Source of the DNA: Desulfomonilia bacterium
Lineage (GTDB): Bacteria; Desulfobacterota; Desulfomonilia; UBA1062
Reading direction: 5' to 3'
Length of the DNA stretch: 64,000 bases
Assembly (NCBI GenBank): GCA_050014195.1
Contig: JBEKDT010000009.1
Coordinates: 120,519-184,518, forward strand
Part shown: piece by piece, positions 18,066 through 27,052 of the stretch
Numbering within the stretch: position 1 is the first letter of the stretch
Layout: the number at the start of each line of letters is the position of its first letter
Program-made: the position numbers and the translations under genes
Notes under the pieces: model-generated
Databases searched by the model: none
Seen by the model: only the letters and a program-made list of their open reading frames with translations
What the model was told of the DNA's origin: nothing

Positions 18066-19772
18066 TTAATCGGCCATTGTTGTTCTTAAGATCTCTGCCA
18101 CCGAAGTGGTACCTTCAAGGACCTTACTGAGGCCGCTCTGTCTCAGGGTCTTCATGCCCTGGCTGATGGACTGGTTTTTGATCTCGGATGCTGAAGCACC
18201 CATGAGGATAAGCTCCCGTATTGCCTCGCTAATCGGCATAACTTCATAAAGGGCTATCCTTCCCTTGAACCCCATATTCCCGCATGAAGGGCAGCCCTTC
18301 CCTGTCACGCACTCTACATTGTCCGCAGTTTCAGGGTTCATGCCCATCTGGATTAGTGTTTCTTGTGATACCTCTTCATCTCTTTTTTTGCACTGGGGGC
18401 ATACCTTCCGTGCGAGCCTCTGGGCCACGATAAGATTCACCGAAGACGCCACCAAAAAAGGCTCAATACCCATATTGAGGAGCCTGTTTATGGTTGAGGG
18501 TGCATCATTGGTGTGGAGCGTAGAGAGCACGAGGTGTCCTGTCAATGCAGCCTTGATCCCGATCTCTGCGGTCTCGAAATCCCGGATCTCTCCCACGAGT
18601 ATAATGTCAGGGTCCTGTCTAAGGAAGGACCTCAGGGCTGTTGCAAAAGTAAGGCCGATCTCTTCATGCATCTGGACCTGATTTACGCCCGGAAGATTAA
18701 ATTCTACAGGGTCTTCAGCGGTGGATATGTTGCTATCCATCTTATTAAGCTCGGACAGTGCGGAATACAGAGTCGTCGTTTTTCCGGAACCCGTGGGCCC
18801 GGTGACGAGAACCATGCCCCATGGCTTATAGATAGCTTCTTTGAAGCGTGTGAGGGCTTGTTCTTCAAAGCCGAGCTTGGTCATGTCGAGCTGGAGGTTC
18901 GATTTATCAAGGATTCTCAAGACCACCTTTTCGCCGAACAGGGTGGGTAGTACCGATACGCGGAATTCAACCTCCTTGCCGCCCTGGATCTTGAGTTTGA
19001 TTCTGCCGTCCTGAGGCAGCCTCCTCTCTGCGATGTCAAGCTTTGCCATGATCTTCAGTCTCGAGACCAGGGCATTCTTCATGCGGATCGGTGGTTTCAT
19101 GGCTTCATAGAGCATGCCGTCAAGTCTGAATCTGATCCTCATGAATTTCTCATAGGGCTCTACATGGATGTCGCTTGCGCCCTTTTTGATGGCATCAACA
19201 AGGGTCAGGTTAACAAGCTTAATGACGGGCGCCTGGTCCGCTTCCTTTTCCAAATCTCCAACAGCGAGGTCGTCAATATCGGCTGTAACCTCTACCGAGC
19301 CCCCGAATTCTTCCATGGTGCTTAAGGCATCATCCAGGGATGCGCTCTGGTCATAGAAATGGTCTATGGCCCATTTCAGCGAATCCTCCGAAGTAACAAA
19401 CACCTCAATGGAGTACCCGGTTAAAAACTTGAGATCATCAACAGCAAATATATTCGTAGGGTCGGTCATTGCCACCTTCAGGGTGGCCCCGTTTCGATCA
19501 AAAGGGATGGCGTGGTATTTCTGGACGACATTGATAGGGATGAGCTTTACTATCTCAGGGTCAGGATTCAGGTTTTTGAGTATGACTGCGGGCAGCCGGT
19601 ATTGTTTGCCCAGGAAGTCTACGAGTTGTTCCTCGCTGAGGTGTCCAAGTTTGACAAGCTGAGAGCCTAGGCGGACACCAGAGACTTTCTGTGCCTTCTG
19701 AGCCTCGAGGAGTTGTTCGGGTGTAATAAGAGCATTTTTCACTAATTGCTCGCCTATACGCTCATTTGCCAT
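18066..19772 (-). CDS. pilB: Type IV pilus assembly ATPase PilB with N-terminal MshEN domain
   Basis: GPTGSGKTTT, AEDPVE, LRQDPD, zinc-binding CPQC/CPSC; RLG-type repeats at the N-terminus. Confidence 0.97.
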   Translation of the reverse strand: MANERIGEQLVKNALITPEQLLEAQKAQKVSGVRLGSQLVKLGHLSEEQLVDFLGKQYRLPAVILKNLNPDPEIVKLIPINVVQKYHAIPFDRNGATLKVAMTDPTNIFAVDDLKFLTGYSIEVFVTSEDSLKWAIDHFYDQSASLDDALSTMEEFGGSVEVTADIDDLAVGDLEKEADQAPVIKLVNLTLVDAIKKGASDIHVEPYEKFMRIRFRLDGMLYEAMKPPIRMKNALVSRLKIMAKLDIAERRLPQDGRIKLKIQGGKEVEFRVSVLPTLFGEKVVLRILDKSNLQLDMTKLGFEEQALTRFKEAIYKPWGMVLVTGPTGSGKTTTLYSALSELNKMDSNISTAEDPVEFNLPGVNQVQMHEEIGLTFATALRSFLRQDPDIILVGEIRDFETAEIGIKAALTGHLVLSTLHTNDAPSTINRLLNMGIEPFLVASSVNLIVAQRLARKVCPQCKKRDEEVSQETLIQMGMNPETADNVECVTGKGCPSCGNMGFKGRIALYEVMPISEAIRELILMGASASEIKNQSISQGMKTLRQSGLSKVLEGTTSVAEILRTTMAD

Positions 19773-19790
19773 ATCTCTCCTTCCTATTGA

Positions 19791-19818
19791 CTATCGGCAC
19801 TTGGGGAGTCTGACTTTA
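19791..19818 (-). promoter_or_regulatory. Sigma28-type promoter upstream of pilB
   Basis: Minus strand TAAAG-N15-GCCGATAG ending 18 nt before the pilB ATG. Confidence 0.65.
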
Positions 19819-20051
19819 ACCAAACAAAACCAGCACCCAATGGTGTAACCGTATGGTTCGCCAGCATTTCTTGTGTATACATTTCATATAAGATTCTGGT
19901 CAGCAATTCCGAAGGACCCCGGTATTAAGTTCTGTTGGAAAGCCCTGTTGTAAGATATATACGCTTTGATCTTGTTGCGGCCAGTATTTTATCCCTTAAG
20001 AAGGGTCGGATCAGATGATTAAATTCCTAAAATGAGTCCCATGACGTATCT

Positions 20052-20384
20052 TCAAGAGCCCCTCTTGTCTTTTTTCGCCCGGACCTGATTGATGGATATC
20101 ACTTCAGCATTATGTATGATGGTTTTTTGGGGGGGTTGTTGTTTTTGTTGTCCCGGTTTTTCAAGCGCTACGATCTGTATGGGGATATCTTTCATGGTAA
20201 ACGATGAACCCTCAAGGTATTCCCTCTTGAGAATCCATGTCATATCCTGCGGTGGAAAACTTAAGAAGAGGAACCTCACCTGATACCACTTGGGTTTGAT
20301 ATCAGGCTCAATCACTTCAATCCTTGCATATACCGAAGGTTTATTATCAATATGTATTATAACCACATCGCCGATAGAACTCAT
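20052..20384 (-). CDS. Hypothetical protein, small beta-rich domain
   Basis: Clean 110-aa ORF (GDVVIIHIDNKPSVYARIEVIEPDIKPKWYQV...WILKREY); function not recognised. Confidence 0.75.
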   Translation of the reverse strand: MSSIGDVVIIHIDNKPSVYARIEVIEPDIKPKWYQVRFLFLSFPPQDMTWILKREYLEGSSFTMKDIPIQIVALEKPGQQKQQPPQKTIIHNAEVISINQVRAKKDKRGS

Positions 20385-20665
20385 GGGATATTCCTATCAC
20401 AAAGAGTCGAACAGATCCAAGGGTGTTTTCGTAAATAAGATGGTAACATGCCGTTATTGACTAGCGGCGGTGCAGGGTTGGTTTTTAGAAAAGTGGACCA
20501 TGCTCCAGCTTGATAAAACCTTGATTTTGTGAAAGAGTACCTCCATATCGTCCATGATCTTTATGATGTAATACAGGATGTTTTACCAAAGGTATAAAAG
20601 ATACCTATCCATATTTATTTTAGTTATTAATCTTTTTATGCCGGAAGGACGATGATGGATAAGAG

Positions 20666-21643
20666 ATGGCTGAAGAGATCCTGTTCGTCGATGACGAAGA
20701 ATATATCCTTGATATAGCCCAGCAGATCTTCGCTGAACGCGATATTACCATCCTCACTGCCCAAAGTGCCGATGAGGCCCTTGATTTAGTAAAAAAACAT
20801 GAGATTGCCGTACTCGTCTCTGATAACCATATGCCCGGCATGAAGGGTATCGATCTCCTCTCCAAGGTCAAGGCCATCTCCCCTGATACAGTGAAGATTC
20901 TGATGACGGGGTTTGCAGATCTTGAGACTGCGCTGGATGCCATCAACCGGGTAGAGGTCTTCCGGTTCATTGTCAAGCCATGGGAAAACACCCAACTCGT
21001 CGGTCTTGTGGAAGATGCGCTAGAGCGTTATCGGCTCATCAAGTCCATCCTGCAGGGCGATGAGAATACTATGCGATCCCTGGTCCATGCCCTTGAACTC
21101 AAAGACCCCTACACCAGGGGACATTCCGAACGTGTTGCAGGCTATGCACTCATGATCGCCGCACATCTAGGTTTGTCCGAAGAGGCGTTGAGCTCCATAC
21201 GTTATGGAAGTTGGCTGCATGACTGTGGCAAGATCGGGGTTTCTGAGAATATTCTCAATTATGAGGGGCCGTTAGATGAGACCGAGATCCACGTTATCAG
21301 AAACCATCCCCTATGGGGCGCAGATGTGGCCCGGAAGGGACACCTGACCGGGACAATTGTGGATATCATCCTTTCCCACCATGAGCGTTATGATGGGAAA
21401 GGCTATCCATCAGGTCTCAGGGGTGAAGAAATCCCGCTCGATGCACGAATCGTCAGTGTGGCCGATATCTATGATGCACTTACTACGGAAAGACCATACC
21501 GGATGGCGTATATGCGAGAGAGGGCATTAGAGATGCTTCTTTCCATGAAGGGCAATGTCCTTGATCCAAAGCTGGTGGATTGCTTTGTATCCATCATGCA
21601 AAGAGGAAGCGGAGAAGAATCCGGCACACCGAAGGATCTATGA
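20666..21643 (+). CDS. Response regulator with HD-GYP cyclic-dinucleotide phosphodiesterase domain (RpfG-like)
   Basis: REC domain (VDD, SDNHMP, KPW); KDPYTRGHSERV, HDCGK, HHERYDGKGYP, RPYR. Confidence 0.93.
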   Translation: MAEEILFVDDEEYILDIAQQIFAERDITILTAQSADEALDLVKKHEIAVLVSDNHMPGMKGIDLLSKVKAISPDTVKILMTGFADLETALDAINRVEVFRFIVKPWENTQLVGLVEDALERYRLIKSILQGDENTMRSLVHALELKDPYTRGHSERVAGYALMIAAHLGLSEEALSSIRYGSWLHDCGKIGVSENILNYEGPLDETEIHVIRNHPLWGADVARKGHLTGTIVDIILSHHERYDGKGYPSGLRGEEIPLDARIVSVADIYDALTTERPYRMAYMRERALEMLLSMKGNVLDPKLVDCFVSIMQRGSGEESGTPKDL

Positions 21644-21684
21644 AGTGAATTTATTGAGGTTATGTGCTATATTATTGAATAAGT

Positions 21685-23277
21685 ATGGCAAAGATATATG
21701 GCAATAGATGGAAGATCGTAGATAATCTCGGGAGAGGTGGTCAGAGCGTAGTATTTCGCGTCATTGACACCAAGGAAGAATACCAAGGTGAATATGCACT
21801 CAAGCGGATTCTCAACCCAAATCGACAACAAAGGTTTGTGCGTGAGATTGAAGCTATCAAACTTCTTAAGCACTCCAATATCATCAGTATTATTGATCAC
21901 TCGGCGTTAGATGCGGCGGAAGGAAACGCAGATAAGCAGTATCTCGTGATGCCTCTTGCGGAAGGTGGTGATCTTGCTTCTAAGGGGCGTGTTGCTTTGT
22001 ACAAAGATTCCATTGATAGCACACTTCAGATCGCCAAACAAATTGCATCGGCATTGGCAACTGCGCATTCAAAGGAAATTATTCACCGCGATGTCAAACC
22101 TGGGAATATCTTATTCAGTGGAAACGGACACGAAGTATGGCTTACCGATTTTGGCATCTGCCTGCTGCGGAATTATGAGAGAATTACTGAAGAGGGAGAG
22201 ATAGTAGGCCCTAGGGCTTTCATCGCTCCTGAGCTTGAGGATGGTAGTGTATTGGAAGCGACACCAGCCGCCGATATCTATTCACTGGGCAAAGTCATCT
22301 ATTATGCACTGACTGGTGGTACGATTATCCCTCGCGAGCAGATACTCGAAAGACCATTCAGTCAAGTGTTTGAGAAAGGTGAGCGGCACCATTTAATCCA
22401 ACTATTACTAGTGAGGATGATCTGTTCACTACAATTACGCTTGCAGAGCATGGAGGAAGTGATTCAAGAATTAGAGAAAATCGATAAATGGGAGCAGAAC
22501 GCTCGCTTGCTACCACTCAATCCAGTGACTCTTGTGAGCATCGAACAAATGCAGAAGCGGGCACTGGACACTCATCACATCAAAGAAGAGAATGCAGCGG
22601 CGCGCGCTACAGAGGAACATAAGTTACAGCTCGTCGTGAAGAGCATTCTCAATTGGTTGAGGAGTGAACTTACAAAAACGGCTTCTTACATCGGCGTTGG
22701 TATTATAAAGTCGGAGGTCAGCGATTTGACAATCACTAATATACAAGACTTCAGAGTCCCCACTGCCCCCAATTCAGGATATATCGCTGTGGGCGGCTTG
22801 GAATTGTCAATCGAGGACAGAAGCAATTCTTCTGGTGTGAAGCACCTGCTTCATTTGATTTTATGTAAGGAGTTGAAGATTAATTTCACTGTCCAAATTG
22901 GCAGCATTCCTCCAGCAACGCCTCTTCCCGTCAGAGATTTACAGTTAGCGCTTATCCCATATTATCTACAAACAGCAGGAACCCGGCCTCCAAATTCATC
23001 GGCGTTTAAAGGGTACCTCACCCGTAAAGATCATATTGGACAGTCAGGAGGAACAGTAAACATACACGACCAAAATTGGGGTCTGGGACGAGGTCAGGTA
23101 AAACTCATGAAATGGACACATGTAACAAGCACATTTCATTCGAATATTTCACAGTGCTTCAGATTCAAGTTGTCCGATTGGCCGACCAACTCCAGTGCGC
23201 TCATGGAGGCACTTTCCGAGGCTTTGGATGTGTTTGTGAGTTTTGTCAAGGAGGGGGCAAGCACCATAGGCCGATAA
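21685..23277 (+). CDS. Hanks-type Ser/Thr protein kinase with an unrecognised C-terminal half
   Basis: GRGGQSVV, YALK, FVREIE, HRDVKPGN, DFG, FIAPE, ADIYSLG all intact; no evident TM segment. Confidence 0.93.
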   Translation: MAKIYGNRWKIVDNLGRGGQSVVFRVIDTKEEYQGEYALKRILNPNRQQRFVREIEAIKLLKHSNIISIIDHSALDAAEGNADKQYLVMPLAEGGDLASKGRVALYKDSIDSTLQIAKQIASALATAHSKEIIHRDVKPGNILFSGNGHEVWLTDFGICLLRNYERITEEGEIVGPRAFIAPELEDGSVLEATPAADIYSLGKVIYYALTGGTIIPREQILERPFSQVFEKGERHHLIQLLLVRMICSLQLRLQSMEEVIQELEKIDKWEQNARLLPLNPVTLVSIEQMQKRALDTHHIKEENAAARATEEHKLQLVVKSILNWLRSELTKTASYIGVGIIKSEVSDLTITNIQDFRVPTAPNSGYIAVGGLELSIEDRSNSSGVKHLLHLILCKELKINFTVQIGSIPPATPLPVRDLQLALIPYYLQTAGTRPPNSSAFKGYLTRKDHIGQSGGTVNIHDQNWGLGRGQVKLMKWTHVTSTFHSNISQCFRFKLSDWPTNSSALMEALSEALDVFVSFVKEGASTIGR

Positions 23278-23339
23278 ATTCTGATATACCGCCCTGAGTC
23301 GGTATAGTGATTGTATAACCCTTATGTGGAGATAGGTAG

Positions 23340-24122
23340 TTGTCCGATCATTATTTATCACAGCGGCAAATTTTGATTAACGGCATCGTTGCGTTTGAGC
23401 CAATTATAATGGGATTGCACAAGTCATATAAAAATAAAGAGTTCTCCGATTGGCCGACGATAGTTCTAGGGACGACCCTTCAAACTTCCGCGATTTCGCT
23501 GTCCAAGCTACTTCCCTTTAACAAACCAGGCCAAGAACCGCTCGATCAACGGTCAATCGCATCAATCATTCGGAATATCATCGACACGCATGATGCGTTG
23601 GATATGCTAATAAACGTGACGTCCCCGGAGGAATTTAATCTCCACCAAGATATACTGAAACTATATTTGTCGTCTCAAATCAAGAAGGTGCAATCTAAAA
23701 TCAAGCCTGAAGACGCCCAGGAATTCCATGGGCGCGCTGCATCTCATTATTGGCGCAGAATCAAGAGTTCGAATTTGTACAAGAAGTCCATGGATCGAAT
23801 AAAAAGCGGAGAATCAATTTTCTACACGACTCGGGATCAACGCGTACGAAAAGCGAGCGGGGCGCAGGCAGATGTTGTGATGGGGGTGATAGCAGATTTA
23901 TCGACATATGTTCATTCCATACCCCCAGCACTCTGGATGGGAGGAATCAATGAACTTTACGCAGACAATACGAGGCACAGAGGTATTGTGTGGGTATGGT
24001 TACGAGTAGCCAACTTCTATCTTGCGCGGTGCTTCGTTTTGATTTTGAAAGTATTCCCCCAAGGGCAATCATCTGAACTAACAGATTTCATAGCGTACCA
24101 TAAAAATGTGTTCGCTGACTAG
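23340..24122 (+). CDS. DUF5677-like all-helical protein (HEPN-like)
   Basis: TTG start with GGAG 8 nt upstream; SIASIIRNIID and DLSTYVHS resemble the R..E/D and LS..VH motifs of DUF5677. Confidence 0.6.
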   Translation: MSDHYLSQRQILINGIVAFEPIIMGLHKSYKNKEFSDWPTIVLGTTLQTSAISLSKLLPFNKPGQEPLDQRSIASIIRNIIDTHDALDMLINVTSPEEFNLHQDILKLYLSSQIKKVQSKIKPEDAQEFHGRAASHYWRRIKSSNLYKKSMDRIKSGESIFYTTRDQRVRKASGAQADVVMGVIADLSTYVHSIPPALWMGGINELYADNTRHRGIVWVWLRVANFYLARCFVLILKVFPQGQSSELTDFIAYHKNVFAD

Positions 24123-24465
24123 ATTTATAACAAGCCGCTGCTCAGCATAGATCTTACCTCAACATATTTACATTCAGTGTGCAGATATCCCCCATCTCTT
24201 GCAGTGTTTCCTATATAGAAAAAAATGCCAAACCCATCACAAAACATACATAGAACAAGTCTTCATGCCATCATATGGTTGCCGGATTAGGGGCATTTTA
24301 ATTGTATTTAATTCAGGAAAAATGGAATAAACCCATCATGGCTCATGCCCTTGAGTGTAGATCTAGGTTTGGTGCCGATCTGTGGGTAAGATACTATCTA
24401 TTACAATAAACCTTCTTCATGCTGCTTGGGGGTATGGTTGGAACTGTAGATGAATTGCAGTGTAG

Positions 24466-24510
24466 AAAAAGGGTCAACAAGGGGGTCAACATTGAGGGTG
24501 CTAACCCCCC
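24466..24510 (-). terminator. Terminator-like hairpin downstream of tRNA-Glu
   Basis: Minus strand GGGGGTTAGC-N9-GTTGACCCCC, then a second GTTGACCC and TTTTT. Confidence 0.55.
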
Positions 24511-24518
24511 GTAAACCT

Positions 24519-24596
24519 TGGCGTCCCCAAGGGGATTTGAACCCCTGTCGCCGGCGTGAAAGGCCGGTGTCCTGGGCCAGGCTAGACGATGGGGAC
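24519..24596 (-). tRNA. tRNA-Glu (TTC)
   Basis: GTCCCCA/TGGGGAC acceptor stem, CCGGC-CTTTCAC-GCCGG anticodon arm, GGTTCAAATCC, encoded CCA. Confidence 0.97.
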
Positions 24597-24603
24597 ATAC
24601 ATA

Positions 24604-24676
24604 TGAGCCAGGAGGGACTCGAACCCTCGACCACCGGATTAAAAGTCCGATGCTCTACCAACTGAGCTACTGGCTC
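24604..24676 (-). tRNA. tRNA-Lys (TTT), CCA not encoded
   Basis: GAGCCAG/CTGGCTC acceptor stem, TAGCTCAGTTGGTAGAGC D arm, TCGGA-CTTTTAA-TCCGG anticodon arm, GGTTCGAGTCC. Confidence 0.97.
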
Positions 24677-24849
24677 AGTTCGAAACCCCCTATGTCATGG
24701 TTGCAGGAAAATATCAAGGGTAAAAAAGCCTTATCAATTGCATAGAAGCCGTTGTATTGTTAGGCATCATGAGCCTATACAGCCAACCCTTCCACACCGC
24801 TGAATGGTGTTTTCTGTATGACAGAAGTTGTGATATAGATTTATACGAT

Positions 24850-25071
24850 ATGATCTGGGTGATACTCTATATTCCGATCGCCGTTTACATGGCTTATGCG
24901 TTTACCTCGCATCTTGAACCCATCTCTTGGGCCATTGTCTTTGCAGTCATCCTTGGGTTCTCTATTGTGGAGTGGCTTATGGTGAGAAAAGACAGCTCCC
25001 GATCGAGGATAACACTTACGATCATGTGCCTCACCCTTGTGTCACTCCTTGGAGGCATGATTTTGAGATGA
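24850..25071 (+). CDS. Small hypothetical membrane protein (about 3 TM)
   Basis: Three hydrophobic stretches from MIWVILY; start placed at ATG 24850. Confidence 0.6.
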   Translation: MIWVILYIPIAVYMAYAFTSHLEPISWAIVFAVILGFSIVEWLMVRKDSSRSRITLTIMCLTLVSLLGGMILR

Positions 25072-25106
25072 GAGGTAATCTATCGGATCAGATGGAAGAT
25101 CAGGGG

Positions 25107-25385
25107 TTACATATCTTCGGCATAGCAGTAGTCATAAATCTTTGACACCCTGATCCCCTGGATGGAGAAATAAAACTCGTCCCCCTTTTCAACCCCGCTG
25201 ACTTCCGCCACACCCGATTCCTGCGCCTGGAAGATCTTGGTGTTGCCAAAGTCGAAAATGGGCAAGGCCTTGCTTGTATAGGTCCAGATAGTTCCATCCT
25301 CAGAGATGGTTGAGATAATATACTCACCCTGCTTCAACCACTTTTTGATACCCTGGAATTCGAATTTCCGATTATCCCTATACAT
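25107..25385 (-). CDS. Hypothetical protein
   Basis: GAGAGG RBS before ATG 25385; sigma28-type promoter upstream. Confidence 0.65.
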   Translation of the reverse strand: MYRDNRKFEFQGIKKWLKQGEYIISTISEDGTIWTYTSKALPIFDFGNTKIFQAQESGVAEVSGVEKGDEFYFSIQGIRVSKIYDYCYAEDM

Positions 25386-25426
25386 GGCGGCCTCTCTCTT
25401 CATAGCTGCTTCCTTTCTAATGATAC

Positions 25427-25454
25427 TTATCGGATATTAAGAGAGAACGCTTAA
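25427..25454 (-). promoter_or_regulatory. Sigma28-type promoter
   Basis: Minus strand TTAAG-N15-TCCGATAA. Confidence 0.55.
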
Positions 25455-27052
25455 CGCTTTTGCTTGGGTACACCCCCTTTTTTTGAGTCCTTGTAGAGCT
25501 TATAGTCCATACTGTCTACAAGGGCCATCCAAGAGGCTTCAAGGATGTTGCTGGATACGCCCATGGTATACCAGTGGTCTTTTTTATCGCCTGACTCGAT
25601 GAGGACTCTGACTACCGACTCGGTCCCCTGTCTGGATGAGATCACCCGTACTTTATAATCCAAAAGTTCGACTTCCTGAATGCCGGGGTAAAACTTTTGG
25701 AGGGCCTTCCTGAGCGCTCTATCCAGCGCATTGACCGGGCCGTTTCCCAGGGCCGCCGTATGCTCAATACTGCCGTCCACCTCAATCATGATGGTGGCCT
25801 CTGACATGGGGTCGGTGTCGTCGCTCCTGCGCTCCGTGTTCACCCGAAAGCCCTTGAGCTTGAAGGAGCGCATGTGCTCACCCATGGACTTTTTCATAAG
25901 GAGTTCCAATGAGGCATCGGCACCTTCGAACTGAAAGCCGCAATTCTCAAGATCCTTGATGATCTTTACGATTTCGTTGGCAGCCGTATCATCCTTGGAA
26001 AGATCGATATTAAACTCGCGAGCCTTGTAGAGGATGTTGCTCTTTCCTGACTGATCTGACACCAAAACCTTGCGATGATTTCCCACAAGTTCCGGAGAAA
26101 TATGCTCATAGGTGGCAGGGTCATTAATCACGGAACTCACGTGGATACCGCCTTTATGGGCAAAAGCCGATTCTCCCACAAAGGGCTGATGCTTGTTGTG
26201 GGATAGGTTGGCGATGTCGTCAAAAAACCGGGATAGGTCGCTGAGCATGCTCATTTTGTCCAGAGGTATGGTCTCATAGCCGAGCTTGATGGAGAGATTG
26301 GGGATGATGGAGCACAGGTTTGCATTTCCACACCTCTCGCCGATACCGTTGATGGTACCATGGATGTGATTAATGCCGGCCTGTACGGCGCAGACGGTAT
26401 TGGCAACTGCAAGATCACTATCATTATGGCAATGGATACCAAGCGGGGTATTAATCTCACCCTTAAGAAACCCGATGATACCCAACACCTCCGACGGCAG
26501 GGTGCCGCCGTTGGTGTCACACAGGATAATCCTGTCCACTCCGCCTGAAACAGCAGCCGTTAATGTTGATAATGCATAGTCCCTGTTCGCCTTCAGGCCA
26601 TCGAAGAAGTGCTCTGCATCGAAGAAAACCATATTGAAGAAGCCTTTGAGATAGGCCACGGTTTCGCGGATCATCCGCAAATTTTCATCAAGAGAGCACC
26701 CGAGCCCCCCTTCACCCTTGACGTGAGTATCCCACGATTTGCCGAAGATGGTCAATCCATGGGGTTTGGCATTGATAAGGTGTTTTATCATCCTGTCGTT
26801 TTCAGGGTGTTTGTCTGGTTTGCAGGTACTGCCAAAGGCCATGATTTTAGCATGGGTGATTGCGAGCGATTTGATCTTGCCGAACAGGCGATCATCTTTC
26901 GGGTTGGCACCCGGCCATCCGGCTTCAATGTAGTCTATGCCAAGCTGGTCAAGTTTCAGGATGATCGAGGACTTGTCATCCAGCGAAAGGCTTATGTCTT
27001 CGGACTGGGCCCCGTCACGCAAAGTGGTATCATAGATCTCAATCTTGTTCAA
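25451..27052 (-). CDS. cimA: Citramalate synthase (LeuA family)
   Basis: DTTLRDGAQ, FGKSWD, FFDAEHFFDG, HCHND, GERCGNA, AHKGGIH; follows aspartokinase. Confidence 0.92.
   Translation of the reverse strand: MNKIEIYDTTLRDGAQSEDISLSLDDKSSIILKLDQLGIDYIEAGWPGANPKDDRLFGKIKSLAITHAKIMAFGSTCKPDKHPENDRMIKHLINAKPHGLTIFGKSWDTHVKGEGGLGCSLDENLRMIRETVAYLKGFFNMVFFDAEHFFDGLKANRDYALSTLTAAVSGGVDRIILCDTNGGTLPSEVLGIIGFLKGEINTPLGIHCHNDSDLAVANTVCAVQAGINHIHGTINGIGERCGNANLCSIIPNLSIKLGYETIPLDKMSMLSDLSRFFDDIANLSHNKHQPFVGESAFAHKGGIHVSSVINDPATYEHISPELVGNHRKVLVSDQSGKSNILYKAREFNIDLSKDDTAANEIVKIIKDLENCGFQFEGADASLELLMKKSMGEHMRSFKLKGFRVNTERRSDDTDPMSEATIMIEVDGSIEHTAALGNGPVNALDRALRKALQKFYPGIQEVELLDYKVRVISSRQGTESVVRVLIESGDKKDHWYTMGVSSNILEASWMALVDSMDYKLYKDSKKGGVPKQKR

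Larger units (their letters stand above)
21659..24141 (+). mobile_element. Putative captured integron-like gene cassette carrying two ORFs, with a truncated attC
   Basis: GTTATGT just before the first ATG; TTATAAC-AAGCC-GCTGC directly after the last stop; codon style differs from the flanks; no integrase in the window. Confidence 0.45.

Noticed and set aside
20628-20655. Sigma28-type promoter before the HD-GYP gene (TAATC-N15-GACGATGA)
   Set aside because: Both boxes are too degenerate to support on their own.
21644-24518. Integrase-type genomic island with att repeats at tRNA-Glu
   Set aside because: No integrase, and I found no duplicate of the tRNA 3' end at the left border.
24401-24665. 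ORFs 24401-24661 and 24450-24665
   Set aside because: They are translations of the two tRNA genes.
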